DNA of 64,000 nucleotides, from positions 1-64,000 of the forward strand of contig JAUCBJ010003424.1 in assembly GCA_032718475.1 (NCBI GenBank), written 5' to 3'. Made by a program: the position numbers and the translations under genes. This stretch comes from Nemertoderma westbladi (taxonomy: Eukaryota > Animalia > Xenacoelomorpha). How positions within the stretch are numbered: the stretch's first letter is position 1; every line of letters begins with the position of its first letter. Positions 30,801 through 48,800 of the stretch are shown here, one piece after another. Below the pieces are notes generated by a model, which had not been told where the DNA came from, did no database searches, and worked only from the letters and a program-made list of their open reading frames with translations.

Positions 30801-33800
30801 CCTCGATACAATCCTCTACATGGAGACTATCAAATCAAATAAATCGACATATTCTCACTAGGACTACCTCGACACAATCCTCTACATGGAGACTATCAAA
30901 TCAAATAAATCGACATATTCTCACTAGGACTACCTCGATACAATCCTCTACATGGAGACTATCAAATCAAATAAATCGACATATTCTCACTAGGACTACC
31001 TCGACACAATCCTCTACATGGAGACTATCAAATCAAATAAATCGACATATTCTCACTAGGACTACCTCGACACAATCTACATGGAGACTATCAAATCAAC
31101 TAAATCGACATATTCTCCCTAGGACTACCTCGACACAATCCTCTACATGGAGACTATCAAATAAAATAAATCGACATATTCTCACTAGGACTACCTCGAC
31201 ACAATCCTCTACATGGAGACTATCAAATAAAATAAATCGACATATTCTCACTAGGACTACCTCGACACAATCCTCTACATGAGACTATCAAATCAAAGAA
31301 ATCGACATATTCTCACTAGGACTACCTCGACACAATCCTCTACATGGAGACTATCAAATCAAAGAAATCGACATATTCTCACTAGGACTACCTCGACACA
31401 ATCCTCTACATGAGACTATCAAATCAAAGAAATCGACATATTCTCACTAGGACTACCTCGACACAATCCTCTACATGGAGACTATCAAATCAAAGAAATC
31501 GACATATTCTCACTAGGACTACCTCGACACAATCCTCTACATGGAGACTATCAAATCAAATAAATCGACATATTCTCACTAGGACTACCTCGATACAATC
31601 CTCTACATGAGACTATCAAATCAAATAAACCGACATATTCTCACTAGGACTACCTCGACACAATCCTCTACATGGAGACTATCAAATCAAATAAATCGAC
31701 ATATTCTCACTAGGACTACCTCGACACAATCCTCCACATGGAGACTATCAAATAAAATAAATCGACATATTCTCACTAGGACTACCTCGACACAATCCTC
31801 TACATAGAGACTATCAAATCAAATAAATCGACATATTCTCCCTAGGACTACCTCGACACAATCCTCTACATGGAGACTATCAAATAAAATAAATCGACAT
31901 ATTCTCACTAGGACTACCTCGACACAATCCTCTACATGGAGACTATCAAATCAAATAAATCGACATATTCTCACTAGGACTACCTCGATACAATCCTCTA
32001 CATGAGACTATCAAATCAAATAAATCGACATATTCTCACTAGGACTACCTCGACACAATCCTCTACATGGAGACTATCAAATCAAATAAATCGACATATT
32101 CTCACTAGGACTACCTCGACACAATCTACATGGAGACTATCAAATTAAATAAATCGACATATTCTCCCTAGGACTACCTCGACACAATCCTCTACATGGA
32201 GACTATCAAATCAAATAAATCGACATATTCTCACTAGGACTACCTCGACACAATCCTCTACATAGAGACTATCAAATCAAAGAAATCGACATATTCTCAC
32301 TAGGACTACCTCGACACAATCCTCTACATGGAGACTATCAAATCAAATAAATCGACATATTCTCACTAGGACTACCTCGACACAATCTACATGGAGACTA
32401 TCAAATTAAATAAATCGACATATTCTCCCTAGGACTACCTCGACACAATCCTCTACATGGAGACTATCAAATCAAATAAATCGACATATTCTCACTAGGA
32501 CTACCTCGACACAATCCTCTACATAGAGACTATCAAATCAAAGAAATCGACATATTCTCACTAGGACTACCTCGACACAATCCTCTACATGGAGACTATC
32601 AAATCAAATAAATCGACATATTCTCACTAGGACTACCTCGACACAATCTACATGGAGACTATCAAATCAAATAAATCGACATATTCTCACTAGGACTACC
32701 TCGACACAATCTACATGGAGACTATCAAATTAAATAAATCGACATATTCTCCCTAGGACTACCTCGACACAATCCTCTACATGGAGACTATCAAATCAAA
32801 TAAATCGACATATTCTCACTAGGACTACCTCGACACAATCCTCTACATAGAGACTATCAAATCAAAGAAATCGACATATTCTCACTAGGACTACCTCGAC
32901 ACAATCCTCTACATGGAGACTATCAAATCAAATAAATCGACATATTCTCACTAGGACTACCTCGACACAATCCTCTACATAGAGACTATCAAATCAAAGA
33001 AATCGACATATTCTCACTAGGACTACCTCGACACAATCCTCTACATGGAGACTATCAAATCAAATAAATCGACATATTCTCACTAGGACTACCTCGACAC
33101 AATCCTCCACATGGAGACTATCAAATCAAATAAATCGACATATTCTCACTAGGACTACCTCGACACAATCTACATGGAGACTATCAAATCAAATAAATCG
33201 ACATATTCTCCCTAGGACTACCTCGACACAATCCTCTACATGGAGACTATCAAATAAAATAAATCGACATATTCTCACTAGGACTACCTCGACACAATCC
33301 TCCACATGGAGACTATCAAATAAAATAAATCGACATATTCTCACTAGGACTACCTCGACACAATCCTCCACATGGAGACTATCAAATCAAATAAATCGAC
33401 ATATTCTCACTAGGACTACCTCGACACAATCCTCCACATGGAGACTATCAAATCAAATAAATCGACATATTCTCACTAGGACTACATCGACACAATCTAC
33501 ATGGAGACTATCAAATCAAATAAATCGACATATTCTCCCTAGGACTACCTCGACACAATCCTCTACATGGAGACTATCAAATAAAATAAATCGACATATT
33601 CTCACTAGGACTACCTCGACACAATCCTCTACATGGAGACTATCAAATCAAATAAATCGACATATTCTCACTAGGACTACCTCGACACAATCCTCTACAT
33701 AGAGACTATCAAATCAAAGAAATCGACATATTCTCACTAGGACTACCTCGACACAATCCTCTACATGGAGACTATCAAATCAAATAAATCGACATATTCT

Positions 33801-36800
33801 CACTAGGACTACCTCGACACAATCCTCCACATGGAGACTATCAAATCAAATAAATCGACATATTCTCACTAGGACTACCTCGACACAATCCTCTACATGG
33901 AGACTATCAAATCAAAGAAATCGACATATTCTCACTAGGACTACTTCGACACAATCCTCTACATGGAGACTATCAAATCAATTAAATCGACATATTCTCA
34001 CTAGGACTACCTCGACACAATCCTCTACATAGAGACTATCAAATCAAATAAATCGACATATTCTCACTAGGACTACCTCGACACAATCCTCTACATGGAT
34101 ACCATCAAATCAAATAAATCGACATATTCTCACTAGGACTACCTCGACACAATCCTCTACATGGAGACTATCAAATCAAATAAATCGACATATTCTCACT
34201 AGGACTACCTCGACACAATCCTCTACATGGAGACTATCAACTCAAATAAATCGACATATTCTCACTAGGGCTACCTCGACACAATCGTCTACATATGAGA
34301 CTATCAAATCAAATAAATCGATATATTCTCACTAGGACTACCTCGACACGATCCTCTACATGGAGACTATCGAATCAAAGAAATCGACATATTCTCACTA
34401 GGACTACCTCGATACAATCCTCTACATGAGACTATCAAATAAAATAAATCGAAATATTCTCACTAGGACTACCTCGACACAATCCTCTACATGGAGACTA
34501 TCAAATAAAATAAATCGACACATTCTCACTAGGACTACCTCGACACAATCCTATACATGGAGTCTATCAAATCAAATAAATCGACACATTCTCACTAGGA
34601 CTACCTCGACACAATCCTATACATGGAGACTATCAAATCAATTAAATCGACATATTCTCACTAGGACTACCTAGACACGATCCTCTACATGGAGACTATC
34701 AAATCAAATAAATCGACATATTCTCACTAGGACTACCTCGACACAATCCTCTACATGGAGACTATCAAATCAAATAAATCGACATATTCTCACTAGGACT
34801 ACCTCGACACAATCCTCTACATGGAGACTATCAACTCCAATAAATCGACATATTCTCACTAGGGCTACCTCGACACAATCCTCTACATGGAGACTATCAA
34901 CTCAAAGAAATCGACATATTCTCACTAGGACTACCTCGAAGCAATCCTCTACATATGAGACTATCAAATCAAATAAATCGATATATTCTCACTAGGACTA
35001 CCTCGACACGATCCTCTACATGGAGACTATCAAATCAAAGAAATCGACATATTCTCACTAGGACTACCTCGATACAATCCTCTACATGAGACTATCAAAT
35101 AAAATAAATCGACATATTCTCACTAGGACTACCTCGACACAATCCTCTACATGGAGACTATCAAATAAAATAAATCGACACATTCTCACTAGGACTACCT
35201 CGACACAATCCTATACATGGAGACTATCAAATCAAATAAATCGACACATTCTCACTAGGACTACCTCGACACAATCCTATACATGGAGACTATCAAATCA
35301 AATAAATCGACACATTCTCACTAGGACTACTTCGACACAATCTACATGGAGACTATCAAATCAAAGAAATCGACATATTCTCACTAGGACTACCTCGACA
35401 CGATCCTCTACATGGAGACTATCAAATCAAATAAATCGACATATTCTCACTAGGACTACCTCGACACAATCCTCTACATGGAGACTATCAAATAAAATAA
35501 ATCGACACATTCTCACTAGGACTACCTCGACACAATCCTATACATGGAGACTATCAAATCAAATAAATCGACACATTCTCACTAGGACTACCTCGACACA
35601 ATCTACATGGAGACTATCAAATCAAAGAAATCGACATATTCTCACTAGGACTACCTCGACACGATCCTCTACATGGAGACTATCAAATCAAATAAATCGA
35701 CATATTCTCACTAGGACTACCTCGACACAATCCTCTACATAGAGACTATCAAATCAAATAAATCGACATATTCTCCCTAGGACTACCTCGACACAATCCT
35801 CTACATGGAGACTATCAAATAAAATAAATCGACATATTCTCACTAGGACTACCTCGACACAATCCTCTACATGGAGACTATCAAATCAAATAAATCGACA
35901 TATTCTCACTAGGACTACCTCGATACAATCCTCTACATGAGACTATCAAATCAAATAAATCGACATATTCTCACTAGGACTACCTCGACACAATCCTCTA
36001 CATGGAGACTATCAAATCAAATAAATCGACATATTCTCACTAGGACTACCTCGACACAATCTACATGGAGACTATCAAATTAAATAAATCGACATATTCT
36101 CACTAGGACTACCTCGACACAATCTACATGGATACCATCAAATCAAATAAATCGACATATTCTCACTAGGACTACCTCGATACAATCCTCTACATGGAGA
36201 CTATCAAATCAAATAAATCGACATATTCTCACTAGGACTACCTCGATACAATCCTCTACATGGAGACTATCAAATCAAATAAATCGACATATTCTCACTA
36301 GGACTACCTCGACACAATCCTCTACATGGAGACTATCAAATCAAATAAATCGACATATTCTCACTAGGACTACCTCGATACAATCCTCTACATAGAGACT
36401 ATCAAATCAAAGAAATCGACATATTCTCACTAGGACTACCTCGACACAATCCTCTACATGGAGACTATCAAATCAAATAAATCGACATATTCTCACTAGG
36501 ACTACCTCGACACAATCTACATGGAGACTATCAAATCAAATAAATCGACATATTCTCCCTAGGACTACCTCGACACAATCCTCTACATGGAGACTATCAA
36601 ATCAAATAAATCGACATATTCTCACTAGGACTACCTCGACACAATCCTCTACATAGAGACTATCAAATCAAAGAAATCGACATATTCTCCCTAGGACTAC
36701 CTCGACACAATCCTCTACATGGAGACTATCAAATCAAAGAAATCGACATATTCTCACTAGGAAAAACTCGACACAATCCTCTACATGAGACTATCAAATC

Positions 36801-39800
36801 AAAGAAATCGACATATTCTCACTAGGACTACCTCGACACAATCCTCTACATGGAGACTATCAAATCAAAGAAATCGACATATTCTCACTAGGACTACCTC
36901 GACACAATCCTCTACATGGAGACTATCAAATCAAATAAATCGACATATTCTCACTAGGACTACCTCGATACAATCCTCTACATGAGACTATCAAATCAAA
37001 TAAACCGACATATTCTCACTAGGACTACCTCGACACAATCCTCTACATGGAGACTATCAAATCAAATAAATCGACATATTCTCACTAGGACTACCTCGAC
37101 ACAATCCTCTACATGGAGACTATCAAATCAAATAAATCGACATATTCTCACTAGGACTACCTCGACACAATCCTCTACATAGAGACTATCAAATCAAATA
37201 AATCGACATATTCTCACTAGGACTACCTCGACACAATCCTCTACATGAGACTATCAAATCAAATTAATCGACATATTCTCACTAGGACTACCTCGACACA
37301 ATCCTCTACATGAGACTATCAAATAAAATAAATCGACATATTCTCACTAGGACTACCTCGACACAATCCTCCACATGGAGTCTATCAAATAAAATAAATC
37401 GACATATTCTCACTAGGACTACCTCGACACAATCCTCTACATAGAGACTATCAAATCAAATAAATCGACATATTCTCCCTAGGACTACCTCGACACAATC
37501 CTCTACATGGAGACTATCAAATAAAATAAATCGACATATTCTCACTAGGACTACCTCGACACAATCCTCTACATGGAGACTATCAAATCAAATAAATCGA
37601 CATATTCTCACTAGGACTACCTCGATACAATCCTCTACATGAGACTATCAAATAAAATAAATCGACATATTCTCACTAGGACTACCTCGACACAATCCTC
37701 TACATGGAGACTATCAAATCAAATAAATCGACATATTCTCACTAGGACTACCTCGACACAATCCTCTACATGGAGACTATCAAATCAAATAAATCGACAT
37801 ATTCTCACTAGGACTACCTCGACACAATCCTCTACATGGAGACTATCAAATCAAATAAATCGACATATTCTCACTAGGACTACCTCGACACAATCCTCTA
37901 CATGGAGACTATCAAATAAAATAAATCGACATATTCTCACTAGGACTACCTCGACACAATCCTCTACATGGAGACTATCAAATCAAATAAATCGACATAT
38001 TCTCACTAGGACTACCTCGACACAATCCTCTACATGGAGACTATCAAATCAAATAAATCGACATATTCTCACTAGGACTACCTCGATACAATCCTCTACA
38101 TGGAGACTATCAAATCAAATAAATCGACATATTCTCACTAGGACTACCTCGATACAATCCTCTACATGGAGACTATCAAATCAAATAAATCGACATATTC
38201 TCACTAGGACTACCTCGACACAATCCTCTACATGGAGACTATCAAATCAAATAAATCGACATATTCTCACTAGGACTACCTCGATACAATCCTCTACATG
38301 GAGACTATCAAATCAAATAAATCGACATATTCTCACTAGGACTACCTCGACACAATCCTCTACATGGAGACTATCAAATCAAATAAATCGACATATTCTC
38401 ACTAGGACTACCTCGACACAATCTACATGGAGACTATCAAATCAACTAAATCGACATATTCTCCCTAGGACTACCTCGACACAATCCTCTACATGGAGAC
38501 TATCAAATAAAATAAATCGACATATTCTCACTAGGACTACCTCGACACAATCCTCTACATGGAGACTATCAAATAAAATAAATCGACATATTCTCACTAG
38601 GACTACCTCGACACAATCCTCTACATGAGACTATCAAATCAAAGAAATCGACATATTCTCACTAGGACTACCTCGACACAATCCTCTACATGGAGACTAT
38701 CAAATCAAAGAAATCGACATATTCTCACTAGGACTACCTCGACACAATCCTCTACATGAGACTATCAAATCAAAGAAATCGACATATTCTCACTAGGACT
38801 ACCTCGACACAATCCTCTACATGGAGACTATCAAATCAAAGAAATCGACATATTCTCACTAGGACTACCTCGACACAATCCTCTACATGGAGACTATCAA
38901 ATCAAATAAATCGACATATTCTCACTAGGACTACCTCGATACAATCCTCTACATGAGACTATCAAATCAAATAAACCGACATATTCTCACTAGGACTACC
39001 TCGACACAATCCTCTACATGGAGACTATCAAATCAAATAAATCGACATATTCTCACTAGGACTACCTCGACACAATCCTCCACATGGAGACTATCAAATA
39101 AAATAAATCGACATATTCTCACTAGGACTACCTCGACACAATCCTCTACATAGAGACTATCAAATCAAATAAATCGACATATTCTCCCTAGGACTACCTC
39201 GACACAATCCTCTACATGGAGACTATCAAATAAAATAAATCGACATATTCTCACTAGGACTACCTCGACACAATCCTCTACATGGAGACTATCAAATCAA
39301 ATAAATCGACATATTCTCACTAGGACTACCTCGATACAATCCTCTACATGAGACTATCAAATCAAATAAATCGACATATTCTCACTAGGACTACCTCGAC
39401 ACAATCCTCTACATGGAGACTATCAAATCAAATAAATCGACATATTCTCACTAGGACTACCTCGACACAATCTACATGGAGACTATCAAATTAAATAAAT
39501 CGACATATTCTCCCTAGGACTACCTCGACACAATCCTCTACATGGAGACTATCAAATCAAATAAATCGACATATTCTCACTAGGACTACCTCGACACAAT
39601 CCTCTACATAGAGACTATCAAATCAAAGAAATCGACATATTCTCACTAGGACTACCTCGACACAATCCTCTACATGGAGACTATCAAATCAAATAAATCG
39701 ACATATTCTCACTAGGACTACCTCGACACAATCTACATGGAGACTATCAAATTAAATAAATCGACATATTCTCCCTAGGACTACCTCGACACAATCCTCT

Positions 39801-42800
39801 ACATGGAGACTATCAAATCAAATAAATCGACATATTCTCACTAGGACTACCTCGACACAATCCTCTACATAGAGACTATCAAATCAAAGAAATCGACATA
39901 TTCTCACTAGGACTACCTCGACACAATCCTCTACATGGAGACTATCAAATCAAATAAATCGACATATTCTCACTAGGACTACCTCGACACAATCTACATG
40001 GAGACTATCAAATCAAATAAATCGACATATTCTCACTAGGACTACCTCGACACAATCTACATGGAGACTATCAAATTAAATAAATCGACATATTCTCCCT
40101 AGGACTACCTCGACACAATCCTCTACATGGAGACTATCAAATCAAATAAATCGACATATTCTCACTAGGACTACCTCGACACAATCCTCTACATAGAGAC
40201 TATCAAATCAAAGAAATCGACATATTCTCACTAGGACTACCTCGACACAATCCTCTACATGGAGACTATCAAATCAAATAAATCGACATATTCTCACTAG
40301 GACTACCTCGACACAATCCTCTACATAGAGACTATCAAATCAAAGAAATCGACATATTCTCACTAGGACTACCTCGACACAATCCTCTACATGGAGACTA
40401 TCAAATCAAATAAATCGACATATTCTCACTAGGACTACCTCGACACAATCCTCCACATGGAGACTATCAAATCAAATAAATCGACATATTCTCACTAGGA
40501 CTACCTCGACACAATCTACATGGAGACTATCAAATCAAATAAATCGACATATTCTCCCTAGGACTACCTCGACACAATCCTCTACATGGAGACTATCAAA
40601 TAAAATAAATCGACATATTCTCACTAGGACTACCTCGACACAATCCTCCACATGGAGACTATCAAATAAAATAAATCGACATATTCTCACTAGGACTACC
40701 TCGACACAATCCTCCACATGGAGACTATCAAATCAAATAAATCGACATATTCTCACTAGGACTACCTCGACACAATCCTCCACATGGAGACTATCAAATC
40801 AAATAAATCGACATATTCTCACTAGGACTACATCGACACAATCTACATGGAGACTATCAAATCAAATAAATCGACATATTCTCCCTAGGACTACCTCGAC
40901 ACAATCCTCTACATGGAGACTATCAAATAAAATAAATCGACATATTCTCACTAGGACTACCTCGACACAATCCTCTACATGGAGACTATCAAATCAAATA
41001 AATCGACATATTCTCACTAGGACTACCTCGACACAATCCTCTACATAGAGACTATCAAATCAAAGAAATCGACATATTCTCACTAGGACTACCTCGACAC
41101 AATCCTCTACATGGAGACTATCAAATCAAATAAATCGACATATTCTCACTAGGACTACCTCGACACAATCCTCCACATGGAGACTATCAAATCAAATAAA
41201 TCGACATATTCTCACTAGGACTACCTCGACACAATCCTCTACATGGAGACTATCAAATCAAAGAAATCGACATATTCTCACTAGGACTACTTCGACACAA
41301 TCCTCTACATGGAGACTATCAAATCAATTAAATCGACATATTCTCACTAGGACTACCTCGACACAATCCTCTACATAGAGACTATCAAATCAAATAAATC
41401 GACATATTCTCACTAGGACTACCTCGACACAATCCTCTACATGGATACCATCAAATCAAATAAATCGACATATTCTCACTAGGACTACCTCGACACAATC
41501 CTCTACATGGAGACTATCAAATCAAATAAATCGACATATTCTCACTAGGACTACCTCGACACAATCCTCTACATGGAGACTATCAACTCAAATAAATCGA
41601 CATATTCTCACTAGGGCTACCTCGACACAATCGTCTACATATGAGACTATCAAATCAAATAAATCGATATATTCTCACTAGGACTACCTCGACACGATCC
41701 TCTACATGGAGACTATCGAATCAAAGAAATCGACATATTCTCACTAGGACTACCTCGATACAATCCTCTACATGAGACTATCAAATAAAATAAATCGAAA
41801 TATTCTCACTAGGACTACCTCGACACAATCCTCTACATGGAGACTATCAAATAAAATAAATCGACACATTCTCACTAGGACTACCTCGACACAATCCTAT
41901 ACATGGAGTCTATCAAATCAAATAAATCGACACATTCTCACTAGGACTACCTCGACACAATCCTATACATGGAGACTATCAAATCAATTAAATCGACATA
42001 TTCTCACTAGGACTACCTAGACACGATCCTCTACATGGAGACTATCAAATCAAATAAATCGACATATTCTCACTAGGACTACCTCGACACAATCCTCTAC
42101 ATGGAGACTATCAAATCAAATAAATCGACATATTCTCACTAGGACTACCTCGACACAATCCTCTACATGGAGACTATCAAATCAAATAAATCGACATATT
42201 CTCACTAGGACTACCTCGACACAATCCTCTACATGGAGACTATCAAATCAAAGAAATCGACATATTCTCACTAGGACTACCTCGACACAATCCTCTACAT
42301 GGAGACTATCAAATCAAATAAATCGACATATTCTCACTAGGACTACCTCGACACAATCCTCCACATGGAGACTATCAAATCAAATAAATCGACATATTCT
42401 CACTAGGACTACCTCGACACAATCTACATGGAGACTATCAAATCAAATAAATCGACATATTCTCCCTAGGACTACCTCGACACAATCCTCTACATGGAGA
42501 CTATCAAATAAAATAAATCGACATATTCTCACTAGGACTACCTCGACACAATCCTCTACATGGAGACTATCAAATAAAATAAATCGACATATTCTCACTA
42601 GGACTACCTCGACACAATCCTCTACATGGAGACTATCAAATCAAATAAATCGACATATTCTCACTAGGACTACCTCGACACAATCCTCTACATGGAGACT
42701 ATCAAATCAAATAAATCGACATATTCTCACTAGGACTACATCGACACAATCTACATGGAGACTATCAAATCAAATAAATCGACATATTCTCCCTAGGACT

Positions 42801-45800
42801 ACCTCGACACAATCCTCTACATGGAGACTATCAAATAAAATAAATCGACATATTCTCACTAGGACTACCTCGACACAATCCTCTACATGGAGACTATCAA
42901 ATCAAATAAATCGACATATTCTCACTAGGACTACCTCGACACAATCCTCTACATAGAGACTATCAAATCAAAGAAATCGACATATTCTCACTAGGACTAC
43001 CTCGACACAATCCTCTACATGGAGACTATCAAATCAAATAAATCGACATATTCTCACTAGGACTACCTCGACACAATCCTCCACATGGAGACTATCAAAT
43101 CAAATAAATCGACATATTCTCACTAGGACTACCTCGACACAATCCTCTACATGGAGACTATCAAATCAAAGAAATCGACATATTCTCACTAGGACTACCT
43201 CGACACAATCCTCTACATGGAGACTATCAAATCAATTAAATCGACATATTCTCACTAGGACTACCTCGACACAATCCTCTACATAGAGACTATCAAATCA
43301 AATAAATCGACATATTCTCACTAGGACTACCTCGACACAATCCTCTACATGGAGACCATCAAATCAAATAAATCGACATATTCTCACTAGGACTACCTCG
43401 ACACAATCCTCTACATGGAGACTATCAAATCAAATAAATCGACATATTCTCACTAGGACTACCTCGATACAATCCTCTACATGAGACTATCAAATCAAAT
43501 AAATCGACATATTCTCACTAGGACTACCTCGACACAATCCTCTACATGGAGACTATCAAATCAAAGAAATCGACATATTCTCACTAGGACTACCTCGACA
43601 CAATCCTCTACATGGAGACTATCAAATCAATTAAATCGACATATTCTCACTAGGACTACCTCGACACAATCCTCCACATGGAGACTATCAAATCAAATAA
43701 ATCGACATATTCTCACTAGGACTACATCGACACAATCTACATGGAGACTATCAAATCAAATAAATCGACATATTCTCCCTAGGACTACCTCGACACAATC
43801 CTCTACATGGAGACTATCAAATAAAATAAATCGACATATTCTCACTAGGACTACCTCGACACAATCCTCTACATGGAGACTATCAAATCAAATAAATCGA
43901 CATATTCTCACTAGGACTACCTCGACACAATCCTCTACATAGAGACTATCAAATCAAAGAAATCGACATATTCTCACTAGGACTACCTCGACACAATCCT
44001 CTACATGGAGACTATCAAATCAAATAAATCGACATATTCTCACTAGGACTACCTCGACACAATCCTCCACATGGAGACTATCAAATCAAATAAATCGACA
44101 TATTCTCACTAGGACTACCTCGACACAATCCTCTACATAGAGACTATCAAATCAAATAAATCGACATATTCTCACTAGGACTACCTCGACACAATCCTCT
44201 ACATGGAGACTATCAACTCAAATAAATCGACATATTCTCACTAGGGCTACCTCGACACAATCGTCTACATATGAGACTATCAAATCAAATAAATCGATAT
44301 ATTCTCACTAGGACTACCTCGACACGATCCTCTACATGGAGACTATCGAATCAAAGAAATCGACATATTCTCACTAGGACTACCTCGATACAATCCTCTA
44401 CATGAGACTATCAAATAAAATAAATCGAAATATTCTCACTAGGACTACCTCGACACAATCCTCTACATGGAGACTATCAAATAAAATAAATCGACACATT
44501 CTCACTAGGACTACCTCGACACAATCCTATACATGGAGTCTATCAAATCAAATAAATCGACACATTCTCACTAGGACTACCTCGACACAATCCTATACAT
44601 GGAGACTATCAAATCAATTAAATCGACATATTCTCACTAGGACTACCTAGACACGATCCTCTACATGGAGACTATCAAATCAAATAAATCGACATATTCT
44701 CACTAGGACTACCTCGACACAATCCTCTACATGGAGACTATCAAATCAAATAAATCGACATATTCTCACTAGGACTACCTCGACACAATCCTCTACATGG
44801 AGACTATCAACTCCAATAAATCGACATATTCTCACTAGGGCTACCTCGACACAATCCTCTACATGGAGACTATCAACTCAAAGAAATCGACATATTCTCA
44901 CTAGGACTACCTCGAAGCAATCCTCTACATATGAGACTATCAAATCAAATAAATCGATATATTCTCACTAGGACTACCTCGACACGATCCTCTACATGGA
45001 GACTATCAAATCAAAGAAATCGACATATTCTCACTAGGACTACCTCGATACAATCCTCTACATGAGACTATCAAATAAAATAAATCGACATATTCTCACT
45101 AGGACTACCTCGACACAATCCTCTACATGGAGACTATCAAATAAAATAAATCGACACATTCTCACTAGGACTACCTCGACACAATCCTATACATGGAGAC
45201 TATCAAATCAAATAAATCGACACATTCTCACTAGGACTACCTCGACACAATCCTATACATGGAGACTATCAAATCAAATAAATCGACACATTCTCACTAG
45301 GACTACTTCGACACAATCTACATGGAGACTATCAAATCAAAGAAATCGACATATTCTCACTAGGACTACCTCGACACGATCCTCTACATGGAGACTATCA
45401 AATCAAATAAATCGACATATTCTCACTAGGACTACCTCGACACAATCCTCTACATGGAGACTATCAAATAAAATAAATCGACACATTCTCACTAGGACTA
45501 CCTCGACACAATCCTATACATGGAGACTATCAAATCAAATAAATCGACACATTCTCACTAGGACTACCTCGACACAATCTACATGGAGACTATCAAATCA
45601 AAGAAATCGACATATTCTCACTAGGACTACCTCGACACGATCCTCTACATGGAGACTATCAAATCAAATAAATCGACATATTCTCACTAGGACTACCTCG
45701 ACACAATCCTCTACATAGAGACTATCAAATCAAATAAATCGACATATTCTCCCTAGGACTACCTCGACACAATCCTCTACATGGAGACTATCAAATAAAA

Positions 45801-48800
45801 TAAATCGACATATTCTCACTAGGACTACCTCGACACAATCCTCTACATGGAGACTATCAAATCAAATAAATCGACATATTCTCACTAGGACTACCTCGAT
45901 ACAATCCTCTACATGAGACTATCAAATCAAATAAATCGACATATTCTCACTAGGACTACCTCGACACAATCCTCTACATGGAGACTATCAAATCAAATAA
46001 ATCGACATATTCTCACTAGGACTACCTCGACACAATCTACATGGAGACTATCAAATTAAATAAATCGACATATTCTCCCTAGGACTACCTCGACACAATC
46101 CTCTACATGGAGACTATCAAATAAAATAAATCGACATATTCTCACTAGAACTACCTCGACACAATCCTCTACATGGAGACTATCAAATCAAATAAATCGA
46201 CATATTCTCACTAGGACTACCTCGACACAATCCTCTACATAGAGACTATCAAATCAAAGAAATCGACATATTCTCACTAGGACTACCTCGACACAATCCT
46301 CTACATGGAGACTATCAAATCAAATAAATCGACATATTCTCACTAGGACTACCTCGACACAATCCTCCACATGGAGACTATCAAATCAAATAAATCGACA
46401 TATTCTCACTAGGACTACCTCGACACAATCTACATGGAGACTATCAAATCAAATAAATCGACATATTCTCCCTAGGACTACCTCGACACAATCCTCTACA
46501 TGGAGACTATCAAATAAAATAAATCGACATATTCTCACTAGGACTACCTCGACACAATCCTCCACATGGAGACTATCAAATAAAATAAATCGACATATTC
46601 TCACTAGGACTACCTCGACACAATCCTCCACATGGAGACTATCAAATCAAATAAATCGACATATTCTCACTAGGACTACCTCGACACAATCCTCCACATG
46701 GAGACTATCAAATCAAATAAATCGACATATTCTCACTAGGACTACCTCGAAGCAATCCTCTACATATGAGACTATCAAATCAAATAAATCGATATATTCT
46801 CACTAGGACTACCTCGACACGATCCTCTACATGGAGACTATCGAATCAAAGAAATCGACATATTCTCACTAGGACTACCTCGATACAATCCTCTACATGA
46901 GACTATCAAATAAAATAAATCGAAATATTCTCACTAGGACTACCTCGACACAATCCTCTACATGGAGACTATCAAATAAAATAAATCGACACATTCTCAC
47001 TAGGACTACCTCGACACAATCCTATACATGGAGACTATCAAATCAAATAAATCGACACATTCTCACTAGGACTACCTCGACACAATCCTATACATGGAGA
47101 CTATCAAATCAATTAAATCGACATATTCTCACTAGGACTACCTAGACACGATCCTCTACATGGAGACTATCAAATCAAATAAATCGACATATTCTCACTA
47201 GGACTACCTCGACACAATCCTCTACATGGAGACTATCAAATCAAATAAATCGACATATTCTCACTAGGACTACCTCGACACAATCCTCTACATGGAGACT
47301 ATCAACTCCAATAAATCGACATATTCTCACTAGGGCTACCTCGACACAATCCTCTACATGGAGACTATCAACTCAAAGAAATCGACATATTCTCACTAGG
47401 ACTACCTCGAAGCAATCCTCTACATATGAGACTATCAAATCAAATAAATCGATATATTCTCACTAGGACTACCTCGACACGATCCTCTACATGGAGACTA
47501 TCAAATCAAAGAAATCGACATATTCTCACTAGGACTACCTCGATACAATCCTCTACATGAGACTATCAAATAAAATAAATCGACATATTCTCACTAGGAC
47601 TACCTCGACACAATCCTCTACATGGAGACTATCAAATAAAATAAATCGACACATTCTCACTAGGACTACCTCGACACAATCCTATACATGGAGACTATCA
47701 AATCAAATAAATCGACACATTCTCACTAGGACTACCTCGACACAATCCTATACATGGAGACTATCAAATCAAATAAATCGACACATTCTCACTAGGACTA
47801 CCTCGACACAATCTACATGGAGACTATCAAATCAAAGAAATCGACATATTCTCACTAGGACTACCTCGACACGATCCTCTACATGGAGACTATCAAATCA
47901 AATAAATCGACATATTCTCACTAGGACTACCTCGACACAATCCTCTACATGGAGACTATCAAATAAAATAAATCGACACATTCTCACTAGGACTACCTCG
48001 TCACAATCCTATACATGGAGACTATCAAATCAAATAAATCGACACATTCTCACTAGGACTACCTCGACACAATCTACATGGAGACTATCAAATCAAAGAA
48101 ATCGACATATTCTCACTAGGACTACCTCGACACGATCCTCTACATGGAGACTATCAAATCAAATAAATCGACATATTCTCACTAGGACTACCTCGACACA
48201 ATCCTCTACATAGAGACTATCAAATCAAATAAATCGACATATTCTCCCTAGGACTACCTCGACACAATCCTCTACATGGAGACTATCAAATAAAATAAAT
48301 CGACATATTCTCACTAGGACTACCTCGACACAATCCTCTACATGGAGACTATCAAATCAAATAAATCGACATATTCTCACTAGGACTACCTCGATACAAT
48401 CCTCTACATGAGACTATCAAATCAAATAAATCGACATTTTCTCACTAGGACTACCTCGACACAATCCTCTACATGGAGACTATCAAATCAAATAAATCGA
48501 CATATTCTCACTAGGACTACCTCGACACAATCTACATGGAGACTATCAAATTAAATAAATCGACATATTCTCCCTAGGACTACCTCGACACAATCCTCTA
48601 CATGGAGACTATCAAATAAAATAAATCGACATATTCTCACTAGAACTACCTCGACACAATCCTCTACATGGAGACTATCAAATCAAATAAATCGACATAT
48701 TCTCACTAGGACTACCTCGACACAATCCTCTACATAGAGACTATCAAATCAAAGAAATCGACATATTCTCACTAGGACTACCTCGACACAATCCTCTACA